From a virus (Duplodnaviria > Caudoviricetes): 64,000 nucleotides of DNA. Positions 39,968-49,490 of the stretch are shown one piece after another. The position numbers and the translations under genes were made by a program. The stretch covers positions 9,570-73,569 of IMG/VR virus record IMGVR_UViG_3300042257_000126, one strand, 5' to 3'. How positions within the stretch are numbered: the stretch's first letter is position 1; every line of letters starts with the position of its first letter. The notes beneath the pieces were generated by a model, which saw only the letters and a list, made by a program, of their open reading frames with translations, was not told the origin of the DNA and searched no databases.

Positions 39968-42358
39968 TTACACGACTTCCTCCTGAGTTGGCATCACGCG
40001 CTCAGGCTCTTGAATAAGTCCCTGTTCCTGTTGTGGTTGCTGTGGCTGTTCAGGCTGAACATTACCCAACATAGTCAACGCTTCCTGCCATGTCATTTGT
40101 CCCTCAGCTACCGCCTTCTCTATCACATCAGCACGTCCTCTTGCGTTTTCAACAGCAATATCAGCTTGCATTTTATCCATTACCTCCTGACGTTTGGCTG
40201 CTGAATTGACCTGTGCTGTTTGCTGCTGTTGTTGGCTGTTCATCTGAATGAATCTCATTTCTTTTGCTTCTGCTTCTTCTTTTGCTTTTCTGTTTGCAAA
40301 GTCCAATAACAAGGCAACACGTTTCAAACTTGCACCTGAGTTAATCATTGAGAAGAACCTCACAGCATCAGCCTCCGTAATACCGACCTTGCCGTCCCTA
40401 CCGTTTTTCAACGACAGCATAATCATTTCTTTCAGTTCAGCTACGTCTTGTTCGGTTGGACGTGCGTGTGTGCGTATTCCATATTTAATATCGCCCCCCT
40501 CAGCGATTTTAAGCAGTTCTAAGGCACTTTCTCCTACCACATCGACATAAGCATCATACGCACGCTTATCGTGTCTTATAACGTGCTGTAAACGCAAACA
40601 CATAGCTCTGGCTGTATCTGATTTAATGTCGTTGGCTTTCTTTAATACATTGTATAAAACATTGTTTGTTCCCGAAATAGCGTATTCGGTTACAGCTTTC
40701 CCTATACCGGGATCGGGCTGTGAACCCAACGCCACAGGATTAATTCCAGTCAACTGTTCAATCTGGTTCATGGCTAAGTCCATAACCTGAACTGATTCGG
40801 CTATCACAGCACCAGCACCACCGGGCAACTGCTCTATCGGTCTGGTTATCATTCCGGGGTTTGGACGTCCTGCTACATCGGTAGGCTTGAAGAACAATGT
40901 TCCTGTTTGCCTCCAAAATCTTAATACCTCTTTGGGCGACATTTTCTTACCACCCATGCTAAGGTTTGACACAGCATCCATGTTAATAGCATAGCCATTC
41001 ATAGCCGCCATACTTATACCCTGCTGTAACCTCATCCATGCGTTCATATATTGGTCTAACGCCGGGATCAGTCGTGGAATAATAGGACGGCCTGATACTT
41101 TTACCATGTGCAACGGAAGTACTGGTTCTGACATTCCATCTCTACCCTGAAATTCACACTTACCGTAATCGTAAACTATATCGCTTCCGATAACCCAACT
41201 TACTTCTCTGACTGTTTTGATTCGCGTTTGGAGTAACTTTTCTCTTTCTTTTGATTTGTATTTTGCATCAACATCTTTTGTTCTTACTTTTCCCTGACGG
41301 TTCTTGTATTCTTTTTCGTGTTTAAAATCTACGTCAATCCACTTCACTACAAACACGGGAACGGTGAAGGCATCATAACCTCTATTGTACACCTGCTGTC
41401 CGTCTTTGTTCTGTGCGTTCCAATCTCCAATATTAGGGTTGCCGTAAAGATTTGAAAATGTTTTAGCAATGCCATACAACTCTTTATCCTTAAATCCCAT
41501 TCTACGAAGTGTAGAAAGTTTTTCCCACTTCACATAAAATCCATAGTCGGGATTGCGGTAAGAGGATTCCTGCGTAAACTGAACACCTGCGTATTGTGCG
41601 TCCCTGTATTCAGTCTTAACGTGTCCTGTTGTTTTGTCGTACACATCTTCCACAACAGCGAACCCAACGGTAACCAAGTCAAACAAAACTTTTTCAAGTA
41701 TGTGTTCATCCCAATAAGAATGTTCAAACGCGAATTTCAACAGGCGTTCCATCACTTCTTCGTAGCCCAGCTTAAACCCACCTTCGGCTTCATACAGGTT
41801 CAGTTCCTCTATGCTACGCGGCGTGTAACCAACGTCCTGCTGAGGAAGTGCCATCATTGCCCTGAGTGCATTGAATTCTTTTCGGAACTTACCGTCAACG
41901 TATGTTCCCCATTTAAGTTCTTCACGTCTTGCACCGCTGTAACGGTCAGTAGCATCAACGGAAACCCTGTTTACCAGTTTGGATAACGCCCCTATAATCG
42001 CATCCATAACACGTGGCATTGGGGATTGTATATCAAAATTTAGATTGGCATACGCATTTCTGCGTGATTTGCGTGAAGTGTCCTGACCCATGTTTTCCAG
42101 CACGTTCCCGGTTTGCTCTTTGCCGAAAAAGGTATCTTTGTACTTTTCCTGCGACTGCATACCGAGAGCGTAGTTGCGATTGGTGGTAACTGAATCGTAC
42201 CAATCGTGATCTACATACGTCCCTCCACGTGAAAACTGTGAGTAAACATATTGTGCAACTTCCAATGCGTATTCGCGTGAGTCCTTATCACGCTTCGCAT
42301 CTTCCCTGTCGGGCATTGTATATGTCCCGTGTGCATACTTGCTTGCTTCAAATAACAT
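39968..42358 (-). CDS. portal protein
   Basis: NRNYALGMQSQEKYK, NLNFDIQSPMPRVMD, IEQLTGIN; Gln-rich tail; crAss-like. Confidence 0.88.
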   Translation of the reverse strand: MLFEASKYAHGTYTMPDREDAKRDKDSREYALEVAQYVYSQFSRGGTYVDHDWYDSVTTNRNYALGMQSQEKYKDTFFGKEQTGNVLENMGQDTSRKSRRNAYANLNFDIQSPMPRVMDAIIGALSKLVNRVSVDATDRYSGARREELKWGTYVDGKFRKEFNALRAMMALPQQDVGYTPRSIEELNLYEAEGGFKLGYEEVMERLLKFAFEHSYWDEHILEKVLFDLVTVGFAVVEDVYDKTTGHVKTEYRDAQYAGVQFTQESSYRNPDYGFYVKWEKLSTLRRMGFKDKELYGIAKTFSNLYGNPNIGDWNAQNKDGQQVYNRGYDAFTVPVFVVKWIDVDFKHEKEYKNRQGKVRTKDVDAKYKSKEREKLLQTRIKTVREVSWVIGSDIVYDYGKCEFQGRDGMSEPVLPLHMVKVSGRPIIPRLIPALDQYMNAWMRLQQGISMAAMNGYAINMDAVSNLSMGGKKMSPKEVLRFWRQTGTLFFKPTDVAGRPNPGMITRPIEQLPGGAGAVIAESVQVMDLAMNQIEQLTGINPVALGSQPDPGIGKAVTEYAISGTNNVLYNVLKKANDIKSDTARAMCLRLQHVIRHDKRAYDAYVDVVGESALELLKIAEGGDIKYGIRTHARPTEQDVAELKEMIMLSLKNGRDGKVGITEADAVRFFSMINSGASLKRVALLLDFANRKAKEEAEAKEMRFIQMNSQQQQQTAQVNSAAKRQEVMDKMQADIAVENARGRADVIEKAVAEGQMTWQEALTMLGNVQPEQPQQPQQEQGLIQEPERVMPTQEEVV

Positions 42359-42404
42359 CTACGTCTAATTTTGAAACAAAGATACACACAAGACACTAAG
42401 GCAT

Positions 42405-42436
42405 AAAAAAAGCCCTACCATTGACAGTGGTAGGGC
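42405..42436 (-). terminator. intrinsic terminator
   Basis: GCCCTACCA/TGGTAGGGC perfect stem plus T7 on the minus strand. Confidence 0.8.
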
Positions 42437-42504
42437 ATGAGGTGTAAATATGAACAAATCTGAATCTCGTTACAAATATAAGCAATTAATCGTTATGATC
42501 CAAA

Positions 42505-42560
42505 TTTTAACACGTTGTATATGCATTTTTTTCAAAATGCACATACAACAACGTTAGCGC
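42505..42560 (+). repeat. attC-like recombination site 1
   Basis: TTTTAAC...GTTGTATATGCATTTT/AAAATGCACATACAAC...GTTAGCG imperfect palindrome. Confidence 0.6.
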
Positions 42561-42607
42561 AAATATTGAAAAGAAAACACGAGGATAATGCTTAAAATGA
42601 TTTAAAA

Positions 42608-43027
42608 ATGGATACACAAAAAATTGAACAAGTCTTTTCAATGGCAAATAAAATAGCCTTTCATCCGACAAGAAATGTTCAAAAAGAACCATCTGTTGTC
42701 GGATTGGAATTTCACAAAAACTTATTAGGAGAAGCAATAGATTGCTATTCAAACTTAAAAAATGAATTAACACATAGAGACTTGGTGTTTACGTTTAAAA
42801 GAATTAAAAACGGAATAAAAGCATCAATAATATCAAAATCAAAAGGAGAAGTAATGTCATTTAGAATAAGTCAAGAAAAAGGAATGACTGAATTTGCCAA
42901 AGAAACAAATCCAAATCATCCTTTCGCTTTTGTAATATTACAGCCATCTAACGACGGATATCATCTTGTTCCTGATTCAAATCCTTATCAACCGATTGTT
43001 TTCGACAAATATGTTTTGATAGAATAA
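42608..43027 (+). CDS. AT-rich cassette-like hypothetical protein
   Basis: Opposite strand to the late genes, directly after an attC-like site. Confidence 0.65.
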   Translation: MDTQKIEQVFSMANKIAFHPTRNVQKEPSVVGLEFHKNLLGEAIDCYSNLKNELTHRDLVFTFKRIKNGIKASIISKSKGEVMSFRISQEKGMTEFAKETNPNHPFAFVILQPSNDGYHLVPDSNPYQPIVFDKYVLIE

Positions 43028-43147
43028 ACTTTCCATTAGGTGATTCTTTTACCAGAATATCTCTACCGTTTTTAGCAAATATAAAATCTACTCTTTTCAT
43101 ATAACAAAAATACAACACAAAAAAGAAACCGATAAAAAAGCAGTAAA

Positions 43148-43519
43148 ATGGGACTATTCAGTTTTAACGAAGATGTATTAACAGAATTATATTTTCACGA
43201 TACAGGAACAAGTATAAAACAAACAGTAGTAGGCAAAAACAAGGAAGAACTAATTGCCCAAAACGCAATTACTTTTATCGTCCACTACTTTTCAATTGTA
43301 AAAAACAATGAAGAAAAAATGGAATTACAACTACAAAGAGATTATAAAACAAGTCACCTGTGTAAACGATTTCGCCTCATTGCTTTTATATTGTTCCATA
43401 TACGCCAAAAACCAATAGTAAGATTAACAAAACAGAGCGCATATAACACAGCAATATTAATTGCGTCTTTAGCGATGATCATGATAATGATAATCACAAT
43501 CATTATGACGATTGAATAG
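43148..43519 (+). CDS. hypothetical protein
   Basis: AT-rich ORF whose 3' half overlaps an antisense ORF. Confidence 0.45.
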   Translation: MGLFSFNEDVLTELYFHDTGTSIKQTVVGKNKEELIAQNAITFIVHYFSIVKNNEEKMELQLQRDYKTSHLCKRFRLIAFILFHIRQKPIVRLTKQSAYNTAILIASLAMIMIMIITIIMTIE

Positions 43520-43545
43520 ATAGACTTTTTTATTGCAGTAATCAT
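43354..43545 (-). CDS. small hydrophobic membrane peptide
   Basis: Two hydrophobic stretches and a basic tail. Confidence 0.4.
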   Translation of the reverse strand: MITAIKKSIYSIVIMIVIIIIMIIAKDAINIAVLYALCFVNLTIGFWRIWNNIKAMRRNRLHR

Positions 43546-43567
43546 TAACTTTTAAATTTTATAAATT

Positions 43568-43795
43568 ATGAAACTTAATTACACCAAAAATCTCGACGAA
43601 CTAACCGAAAAAGAATTAATGCAATTTATAATCGGAACACAAACGTTAATTCTTCGCAGACTTGATGACATTGAATCAAAAATCAAAGACCGCAAAGAGC
43701 AAACACACCAAGAAACTGTTGACGAAATACTATTCAAAGTAGAATCAAACATTGACAGAATAAACGAAACACTTGAAAGAAAAGCTACAAATTAA
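43568..43795 (+). CDS. hypothetical coiled-coil protein
   Basis: 75-aa ORF with an AT-rich leader. Confidence 0.55.
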   Translation: MKLNYTKNLDELTEKELMQFIIGTQTLILRRLDDIESKIKDRKEQTHQETVDEILFKVESNIDRINETLERKATN

Positions 43796-43982
43796 TGCTG
43801 TATCGCATCTTGACCATATAACAATCAGCAGTGGGATGGTCGTCTGCTTTTGGATAGGCAGTAATCATATTAATTTTAGCATCTACAATTTTTCGGTTTA
43901 GCAAATCAACTGTTTGTTCAATGTCCGCCTTGATGTTATCAATTTTTTCTTGCGTTAATTGGTCAATGACACTTACTGACAT
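43785..43982 (-). CDS. hypothetical protein
   Basis: Convergent with 43568-43795, 3' ends overlapping. Confidence 0.5.
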   Translation of the reverse strand: MSVSVIDQLTQEKIDNIKADIEQTVDLLNRKIVDAKINMITAYPKADDHPTADCYMVKMRYSINL

Positions 43983-44032
43983 ATTACTTATTTTTAAAAA
44001 CAAGCAAATTGACTAAAAAGACAAAATACTTG

Positions 44033-44157
44033 CGCTAACACTGTGCAAATGCCACTCGCCTCTTAGCTTTTACGGCAGTTCCATCTCGTTAGCTGGTTAT
44101 GCGCCTCTAATTATTGTTGACGGAAAAGCGAGAGGCACTTGCACTTATCCGTCAAAA
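44033..44157 (+). repeat. attC-like recombination site 2
   Basis: CGCTAAC...GTGCAAATGCCACTCGC/GCGAGAGGCACTTGCAC...GTCAAAA (degenerate GTT). Confidence 0.65.
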
Positions 44158-44186
44158 AGCACACAGGTGCAAAATGGGATAGAGAC

Positions 44187-44339
44187 ATGTCAACATATAT
44201 TGAATATGTCAACATGAGAATGAACAATCAGAATGCACAAATCAATGAAGCTCTTCTAAACGATTACAGACTACTAATAAACGAGTTGTTTGCAAAAATA
44301 GAAGAGCTTCAAAAACAAATAATCAGGACAAAGGGATAG
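44187..44339 (+). CDS. small hypothetical protein
   Basis: ORF after attC-like site 2. Confidence 0.4.
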   Translation: MSTYIEYVNMRMNNQNAQINEALLNDYRLLINELFAKIEELQKQIIRTKG

Positions 44340-44514
44340 TGTCATCATATAGCACTGCGCCTCTGTCAAACTGAGGAGACACGTACAGCTTGCCGTTCTT
44401 GTTTGAAATTTTTACCATATCAACCAATGGGAGCTTACGAAAGTTGTCAATCAATAAATTAAGCTCTTTGTTCAATTCATCTCTTCTTTGAAAAACGTAG
44501 TCGTATTGAGACAT
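44323..44514 (-). CDS. small hypothetical protein
   Basis: Convergent overlap with 44187-44339. Confidence 0.5.
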   Translation of the reverse strand: MSQYDYVFQRRDELNKELNLLIDNFRKLPLVDMVKISNKNGKLYVSPQFDRGAVLYDDTIPLS

Positions 44515-44535
44515 GACTAATAATTTAAAACCGCC

Positions 44536-44667
44536 CTATAACACTCTGTATATAACACGCTTGGTGTCGTAGTACGGTGATAATACTTTATTTTAATTAA
44601 CTCTTGCGGTTCGTATGAAATGATACAGATTTTAATACAAGCGCATTACATACAGTAACCGTTACAA
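44536..44667 (+). repeat. attC-like recombination site 3
   Basis: CTATAAC...CTGTATATAACACGCTTG/CAAGCGCATTACATACAG...GTTACAA. Confidence 0.6.
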
Positions 44668-44685
44668 ATATACAAAAAAAATCAC

Positions 44686-46998
44686 TTACGTCCAAATAAA
44701 ATCATTGTAATCGTAATCGAAATCCTCAATTCTTTTCAAAATATCTGTATAAGCACTTTTCGCCCCAAGCAATGCGACACCCCCTGCTGCCAACAAGTCA
44801 TAATGCCTCATTTCTTCCATACCCCGAATATCCTTTAATTCTTTCAATAATTCCATGTGCTGTTCAACACACGACCTGTTTTCAATATAATCACGCCACA
44901 ACGCAAACATTTCCTGCTTGCTGCGTTCTAACGAATCAACACCCGGCTTTTCTTTTACCCTACCTGTATATTTATCTATGTCATACAATAAGTAACCACC
45001 AAAACGGTGTCTAATCACATATTCATACGTTGCAGGAATATTGGTTTCAGGATATATAGACGCTCCAAAAAATATGGCAGCCTTAATCACATCTTCGTTG
45101 TACTCATCCGTGTTAGCAGCCCGAAAACGATAAGTCAGCACGAACTTGTAAGTATCCCACTTTTCGGCAGATTTATTTCCGTCAATAGCCTTGTCGTAAT
45201 TCCTTAAAATGGCAATACCGCCATCACTAAGTCTGGACTTTTTACCCAACTTCATTCCAACCTTTTCGTCTTGTTTGTTGCCAAACTTAAACGGGTCTGC
45301 CCCTAACGTGTACATTCCGGGATACATTGGTCGCCACATATCCACATTTTTCCCTTCAAAGGTACTGTAATGAGAAACACGAATCTTTCTGTTAGACACA
45401 GAATCAGGCGGCATTTCGGATATGGTAAACCTGCCGTGTTCCTCATCCTGAACAAATTCAACATCACCGCCAAATATTCCACCAACCCACTCCAACCGTC
45501 CTTTTAAAACGTCGCTGTGTCGTCTTAGTCTATGAATAGCTGCATCTATCTTTTCAATGTTAAACCCAATAGAACCAGCTTCCCCAAGCCAACAATCTTC
45601 GTATTTTAACGGGAATAATTTCTTTTCTTCCCTTAACAGCCTTTGCGATTCAGAACTGTTATCACGCTGCAACGAATCTCGCTTGCCACGCAAATATTCT
45701 TCTGCTGTTTGCGTGAATCCCTCTGCACGCTGGTAATCTTCAATTTTGTCTTTTACGCTAAAACCATACGAATCAATAAACCCATCTAACCCCTCTGTGG
45801 CGGGAATAAATAACCTGAATATACCCGAATAAGTCTGTCCACTTGACTTAATCCTTCTGTAAAAATTAGATGTATTAGACAACGCCCGATAATACGCCGC
45901 ACCTTCCGACACCTCAGACACTGTACTCGGAGCATCGCAATATCCATGTATCAACCGTCCATTTCCCTGAGACAGCGTGTTTTTTGACACCTCGTGGCGC
46001 ATGGCTATATCAACCTCCGATGTTTTTCCACTTTCTTCTATAAGAAGATACATCATCTTTTTGGAATCGTAGAATTTTTCAGAAGCCGTAGTAGCATAAG
46101 TACACTGTGTCTGTAATGCCACATCACCATACTCGTTTTTCCCTACATTAAATTTCAAAGCATCTGATGTCCTTCCAGAAGTAGTGTTCGGCTTTAACCA
46201 TATAGGCCAACTGTCAAACGCTGGCATCAACAAGTTGTCAAAAGTCTCTTTGGCGTTTTGGTTGGAAAAACTTTGAATACCCATCCCGTGATTCAACATA
46301 GAACGGGTAACATATTCAAGTCCATTAGATATACCTTTGTTGGTATTACCTGAACGACGATTTTTGGGTTGCATTTTACCATAACACACACGACGACCAA
46401 CGTCAATCATTTTGTAACTGCCGTCTGGTTCAGCTATCGCATATCCATCTTCATCCAGCCGCTCAAATGTTTCGGTAGTAGTCAAACAGTAATGGGCAAA
46501 AATATATTCCTTCCAATCCCTGTGGCGAAAGTCGGGTCTATTCGTACCACTGTCGGTATTCATCGTATGAACATTCAAATAGAAAAAATGCCACGGTGAA
46601 ATCCAATATGGCTTTCCTTTTATAAACGTCCAATAGCCATTCACCCGGAACCACCAAAACCTCCGTATAAACGCTATCTCTTTCTTCATAGACTTGTGCC
46701 GCTCCCTCAACAACTCCCAGAACTTCTTCTGAATCTTCAACAGCGTTACAACGTTATTTTTGTTCGTGCTTAAATCCTCTTTGGTTTTCAACACGGCCTC
46801 GGCCTCTAAGTCGATTAATTTACGCGGTATTTCCAAACGCTGAAAACGCTGTTCCTCTGGTGGCAGTCCATACCCGTCAATCAAATGTAGCGGTGGTGGT
46901 TTAGGCAAACTCAATACGATTGGACGTAGATCAGGGTCGTTGTCGTTTAATACAACATACTTGTCTGCTTCTTCGTATTCGTATGGTAGTTTCTTCAT
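44686..46998 (-). CDS. terL: terminase large subunit
   Basis: Walker A-like KNRRSGNT, Walker B-like LLIEESGK, nuclease LGADPF; crAss-type size. Confidence 0.88.
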   Translation of the reverse strand: MKKLPYEYEEADKYVVLNDNDPDLRPIVLSLPKPPPLHLIDGYGLPPEEQRFQRLEIPRKLIDLEAEAVLKTKEDLSTNKNNVVTLLKIQKKFWELLRERHKSMKKEIAFIRRFWWFRVNGYWTFIKGKPYWISPWHFFYLNVHTMNTDSGTNRPDFRHRDWKEYIFAHYCLTTTETFERLDEDGYAIAEPDGSYKMIDVGRRVCYGKMQPKNRRSGNTNKGISNGLEYVTRSMLNHGMGIQSFSNQNAKETFDNLLMPAFDSWPIWLKPNTTSGRTSDALKFNVGKNEYGDVALQTQCTYATTASEKFYDSKKMMYLLIEESGKTSEVDIAMRHEVSKNTLSQGNGRLIHGYCDAPSTVSEVSEGAAYYRALSNTSNFYRRIKSSGQTYSGIFRLFIPATEGLDGFIDSYGFSVKDKIEDYQRAEGFTQTAEEYLRGKRDSLQRDNSSESQRLLREEKKLFPLKYEDCWLGEAGSIGFNIEKIDAAIHRLRRHSDVLKGRLEWVGGIFGGDVEFVQDEEHGRFTISEMPPDSVSNRKIRVSHYSTFEGKNVDMWRPMYPGMYTLGADPFKFGNKQDEKVGMKLGKKSRLSDGGIAILRNYDKAIDGNKSAEKWDTYKFVLTYRFRAANTDEYNEDVIKAAIFFGASIYPETNIPATYEYVIRHRFGGYLLYDIDKYTGRVKEKPGVDSLERSKQEMFALWRDYIENRSCVEQHMELLKELKDIRGMEEMRHYDLLAAGGVALLGAKSAYTDILKRIEDFDYDYNDFIWT

Positions 46999-47708
46999 AG
47001 CTCAGGCACGTGATCCCCTACGAATTTAATTTTATCCACAACGTATCCGACGCCATAAGGCGAATCGGCACGCAAATCATCTCCGTTAGCTAAACCCTTC
47101 GCATAGTCCTCTGGTCGTAGTGCAAGCCTGCTTTGCTCAATCTGATAGTAGAATCTCGACACAAATTCTTCTGTTTCTTCAAACACGTGTCCGACTTCAT
47201 TGCTTACTTTCTTGATCTCATCGTAAATCAACCGAACCTCTTTACGCTCCTTGCTGTCCTGCTTAACCCCTGACAGAACATCGTGAGTGTATTGCATTAA
47301 TGATTCCTGTAAGTAAACAAGGTGATTCCACCGGGTGTTGTTCATCCACGCCAACACGAATATCACCATGTCTGCAATCTTCTCATCCTTCCCAATTACC
47401 ATGTCAAGAACCCTGTCGTCAAAACGAGTGTGACCGTCCCGGCTTTTCTTCAACTCAAACCCGGCGTAAGCTGCTGATTCAAACTTCTTTGAATACCAAT
47501 CCAACGAGTGCATTGACTGAATGGGACTGTTCGGGTCGTATTGCAGAATAATGTAACGATAAACCATAGCTTTAGTAAACCCTTTCTTCCATTCGTAGTC
47601 AACGCTGCCCAACTTCGGTATGTTTTCTTCCATAAATTTTACCAACTGTGGGCTGTTGGGGTGAATTCTCATTTTGTCGCAATCAAGTGCTTTTACGTCG
47701 TACTGCAT
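46995..47708 (-). CDS. hypothetical protein upstream of TerL (TerS candidate)
   Basis: Start moved to MQYDVK, downstream of TATCTTTG at 47726-47733; YIILQYDPNSP. Confidence 0.6.
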   Translation of the reverse strand: MQYDVKALDCDKMRIHPNSPQLVKFMEENIPKLGSVDYEWKKGFTKAMVYRYIILQYDPNSPIQSMHSLDWYSKKFESAAYAGFELKKSRDGHTRFDDRVLDMVIGKDEKIADMVIFVLAWMNNTRWNHLVYLQESLMQYTHDVLSGVKQDSKERKEVRLIYDEIKKVSNEVGHVFEETEEFVSRFYYQIEQSRLALRPEDYAKGLANGDDLRADSPYGVGYVVDKIKFVGDHVPEL

Positions 47709-48098
47709 ATAGTAGTTTTTTACCACAAAGATAAACACACTCAAATAAACACACAAAAAAGCACGTAAAATGCTGATAATAAAACCTATAATCAAAAGCT
47801 TATAGCCCGCAAATTTATTATCAAGTTTTTCCTTATTAAGACTCATGTTAAGATTTTGAACAGATTGTAAATTTAATAATTTGCAGTGATTATCTATGAC
47901 TTATGTTTGTTTTATATGAGCAAAATATGCCTTTTTTATTTCCTTACCAATTGTAATGTATATTTATAATACGTTGGCTAAAGGGCAGTGAATTGATGGC
48001 TTAGATAGCGGCAATGTTTTTAAAGTTTATTGTTTTGCTGTAGCTGTCCTCGCTGAGGTGAAAAGTTTTTTTTCATAATTTATAAAATTTAAATATTA

Positions 48099-48284
48099 AT
48101 GAAACAAAAAGGTTATCGTAATATTGGTTACTCGTTTTGGTATCAATTTAAGGAGTCGATTAAAGATGGAGTTGTTAATATTTTTGTCGTGCTATCTTGT
48201 TGGCAGTTTTGGGTGTTTTGCTTGACCGTTTTTTTTGGGACAATACTTGTTTCTTTTTTAACTGATTTAATTATTTCTTGGTAA
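48099..48284 (+). CDS. small membrane protein
   Basis: Hydrophobic C-half; ends at a bidirectional hairpin. Confidence 0.5.
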   Translation: MKQKGYRNIGYSFWYQFKESIKDGVVNIFVVLSCWQFWVFCLTVFFGTILVSFLTDLIISW

Positions 48285-48285
48285 A

Positions 48286-48314
48286 TAAAAAAGGTGTACA
48301 TTTCTGCACACCTT
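48286..48314 (-). terminator. intrinsic terminator
   Basis: AAGGTGT/ACACCTT hairpin plus a T tract on the minus strand. Confidence 0.6.
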
Positions 48315-48459
48315 AATCCAAACTCCTATTAAATTCCCAATTCCTTATCTTATTTATCGTTTCAAACGCCTTCCTGAGTGATTCTTCCTCTGTGTCTGTT
48401 TCTACAAACTTCAAAAACAACAACACAACGCACAGTTCTTTTAAGTCTGAATCCATCAT
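48313..48459 (-). CDS. small hypothetical protein
   Basis: MMDSDLKEL..., coupled to the upstream stop. Confidence 0.5.
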   Translation of the reverse strand: MMDSDLKELCVVLLFLKFVETDTEEESLRKAFETINKIRNWEFNRSLD

Positions 48460-49139
48460 AGCTTCCCTATTATCCAACAACGCTGAACAAAACCCAAATC
48501 TTCTTCCAACGTAGCAACTTCCTGCTGCTCCAACTCCGTCCAAAACGATCCCTCAAACACCACTTTGTCGCCTACCTCTACGTCAGCATCAACGGCGTCA
48601 GTGCCGTAGTATGCAGCGTTTTTCATGCCTACATATCTTACGACACCAACCCGTTTGTTGTGAAAATCACCAAAATCCAGTACCAACCCGTTTCTTCTCA
48701 TTTTCTCAGTGACTTTCTCTACTATTGCGTATCCGTTCAGTGGGTATATTTCTTTGTTTCTTACACGCATGATGAGTTCTCCGTAAGGGATTAAATAGTA
48801 CAAATCTTCACCAACGCGAATCGCCGGTGCATTGGCACTAATTATCTTCCCGAAGAACACCACATCTCCTTCCTGTATTTCAATTTCTGTCAGCCATTCC
48901 ATCGTTGCATCAAAAGCTTTCTGCTTTCGCCAGATTAACCGCTTTGGAACTTTAACAACTGTTCCATATCTTGCCACTCTTGCACCTTCATTCCAATCAC
49001 TTCCCCCAATGATAACACCGGATTTGAGTTTGTATCCGTCCTCTGGCACAACGTCAATCTTCACCAGCACCCGATTGTTTAACATCGGTCTGTCGCTCAA
49101 CTTATCTAAATGTATTATTTGTCTTGGCTCTGCACTCAT
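48456..49139 (-). CDS. tandem double-GroES-domain co-chaperonin
   Basis: Two Cpn10 units: MLNNRVLVK..KSGVII..GTVVKV..EGDVVFF and PLNGYAIVE..RNGLVL..GVVRYVG..VEVGDKVVF. Confidence 0.8.
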   Translation of the reverse strand: MSAEPRQIIHLDKLSDRPMLNNRVLVKIDVVPEDGYKLKSGVIIGGSDWNEGARVARYGTVVKVPKRLIWRKQKAFDATMEWLTEIEIQEGDVVFFGKIISANAPAIRVGEDLYYLIPYGELIMRVRNKEIYPLNGYAIVEKVTEKMRRNGLVLDFGDFHNKRVGVVRYVGMKNAAYYGTDAVDADVEVGDKVVFEGSFWTELEQQEVATLEEDLGFVQRCWIIGKL

Positions 49140-49372
49140 TCTTCCCAATATAAAACTTTATTAACCGCAACTACTTTAACACCATCGTTGGTGAAACACT
49201 TCAACCCAAAGTACATCACGCTGCTGCCGGTAGGTACAACGTCGTTTCCGTCCACAACTTCACCCCACTCTATACGCGGGTCTTTAGCTGTTTCTGGCAC
49301 GATTATACCACTTGCCAACACGCGTTCACGTGGCTTTGGTTTTATCAATATGTTATTTCCTAATGCTTTCAT
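49136..49372 (-). CDS. groES: co-chaperonin GroES-like
   Basis: MKALGNNILIKP...ASGIIVPETAK...GEVV. Confidence 0.85.
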   Translation of the reverse strand: MKALGNNILIKPKPRERVLASGIIVPETAKDPRIEWGEVVDGNDVVPTGSSVMYFGLKCFTNDGVKVVAVNKVLYWEE

Positions 49373-49490
49373 ACAATCGCTAAATCAAATTTATCCACCA
49401 ACTTTCTGTAATTATCATTTTCCATAAACACCTCGTGTGTGTCAAAGGGGGTTAACAGCACCTCTTGTTTAGGCGGGTCGCTTTCCTTTG

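Noticed and set aside
18172-47000. Many short plus-strand ORFs inside the long late genes
   Set aside because: Antisense shadows of the real minus-strand genes
47709-47846. Hydrophobic N-terminal extension of the ORF upstream of terL
   Set aside because: It contains a promoter box at 47726 and looks like unrelated AT-rich DNA; start reassigned to 47708
47960-48060. Possible further attC-like site
   Set aside because: Only one arm is recognisable; no convincing partner sequence
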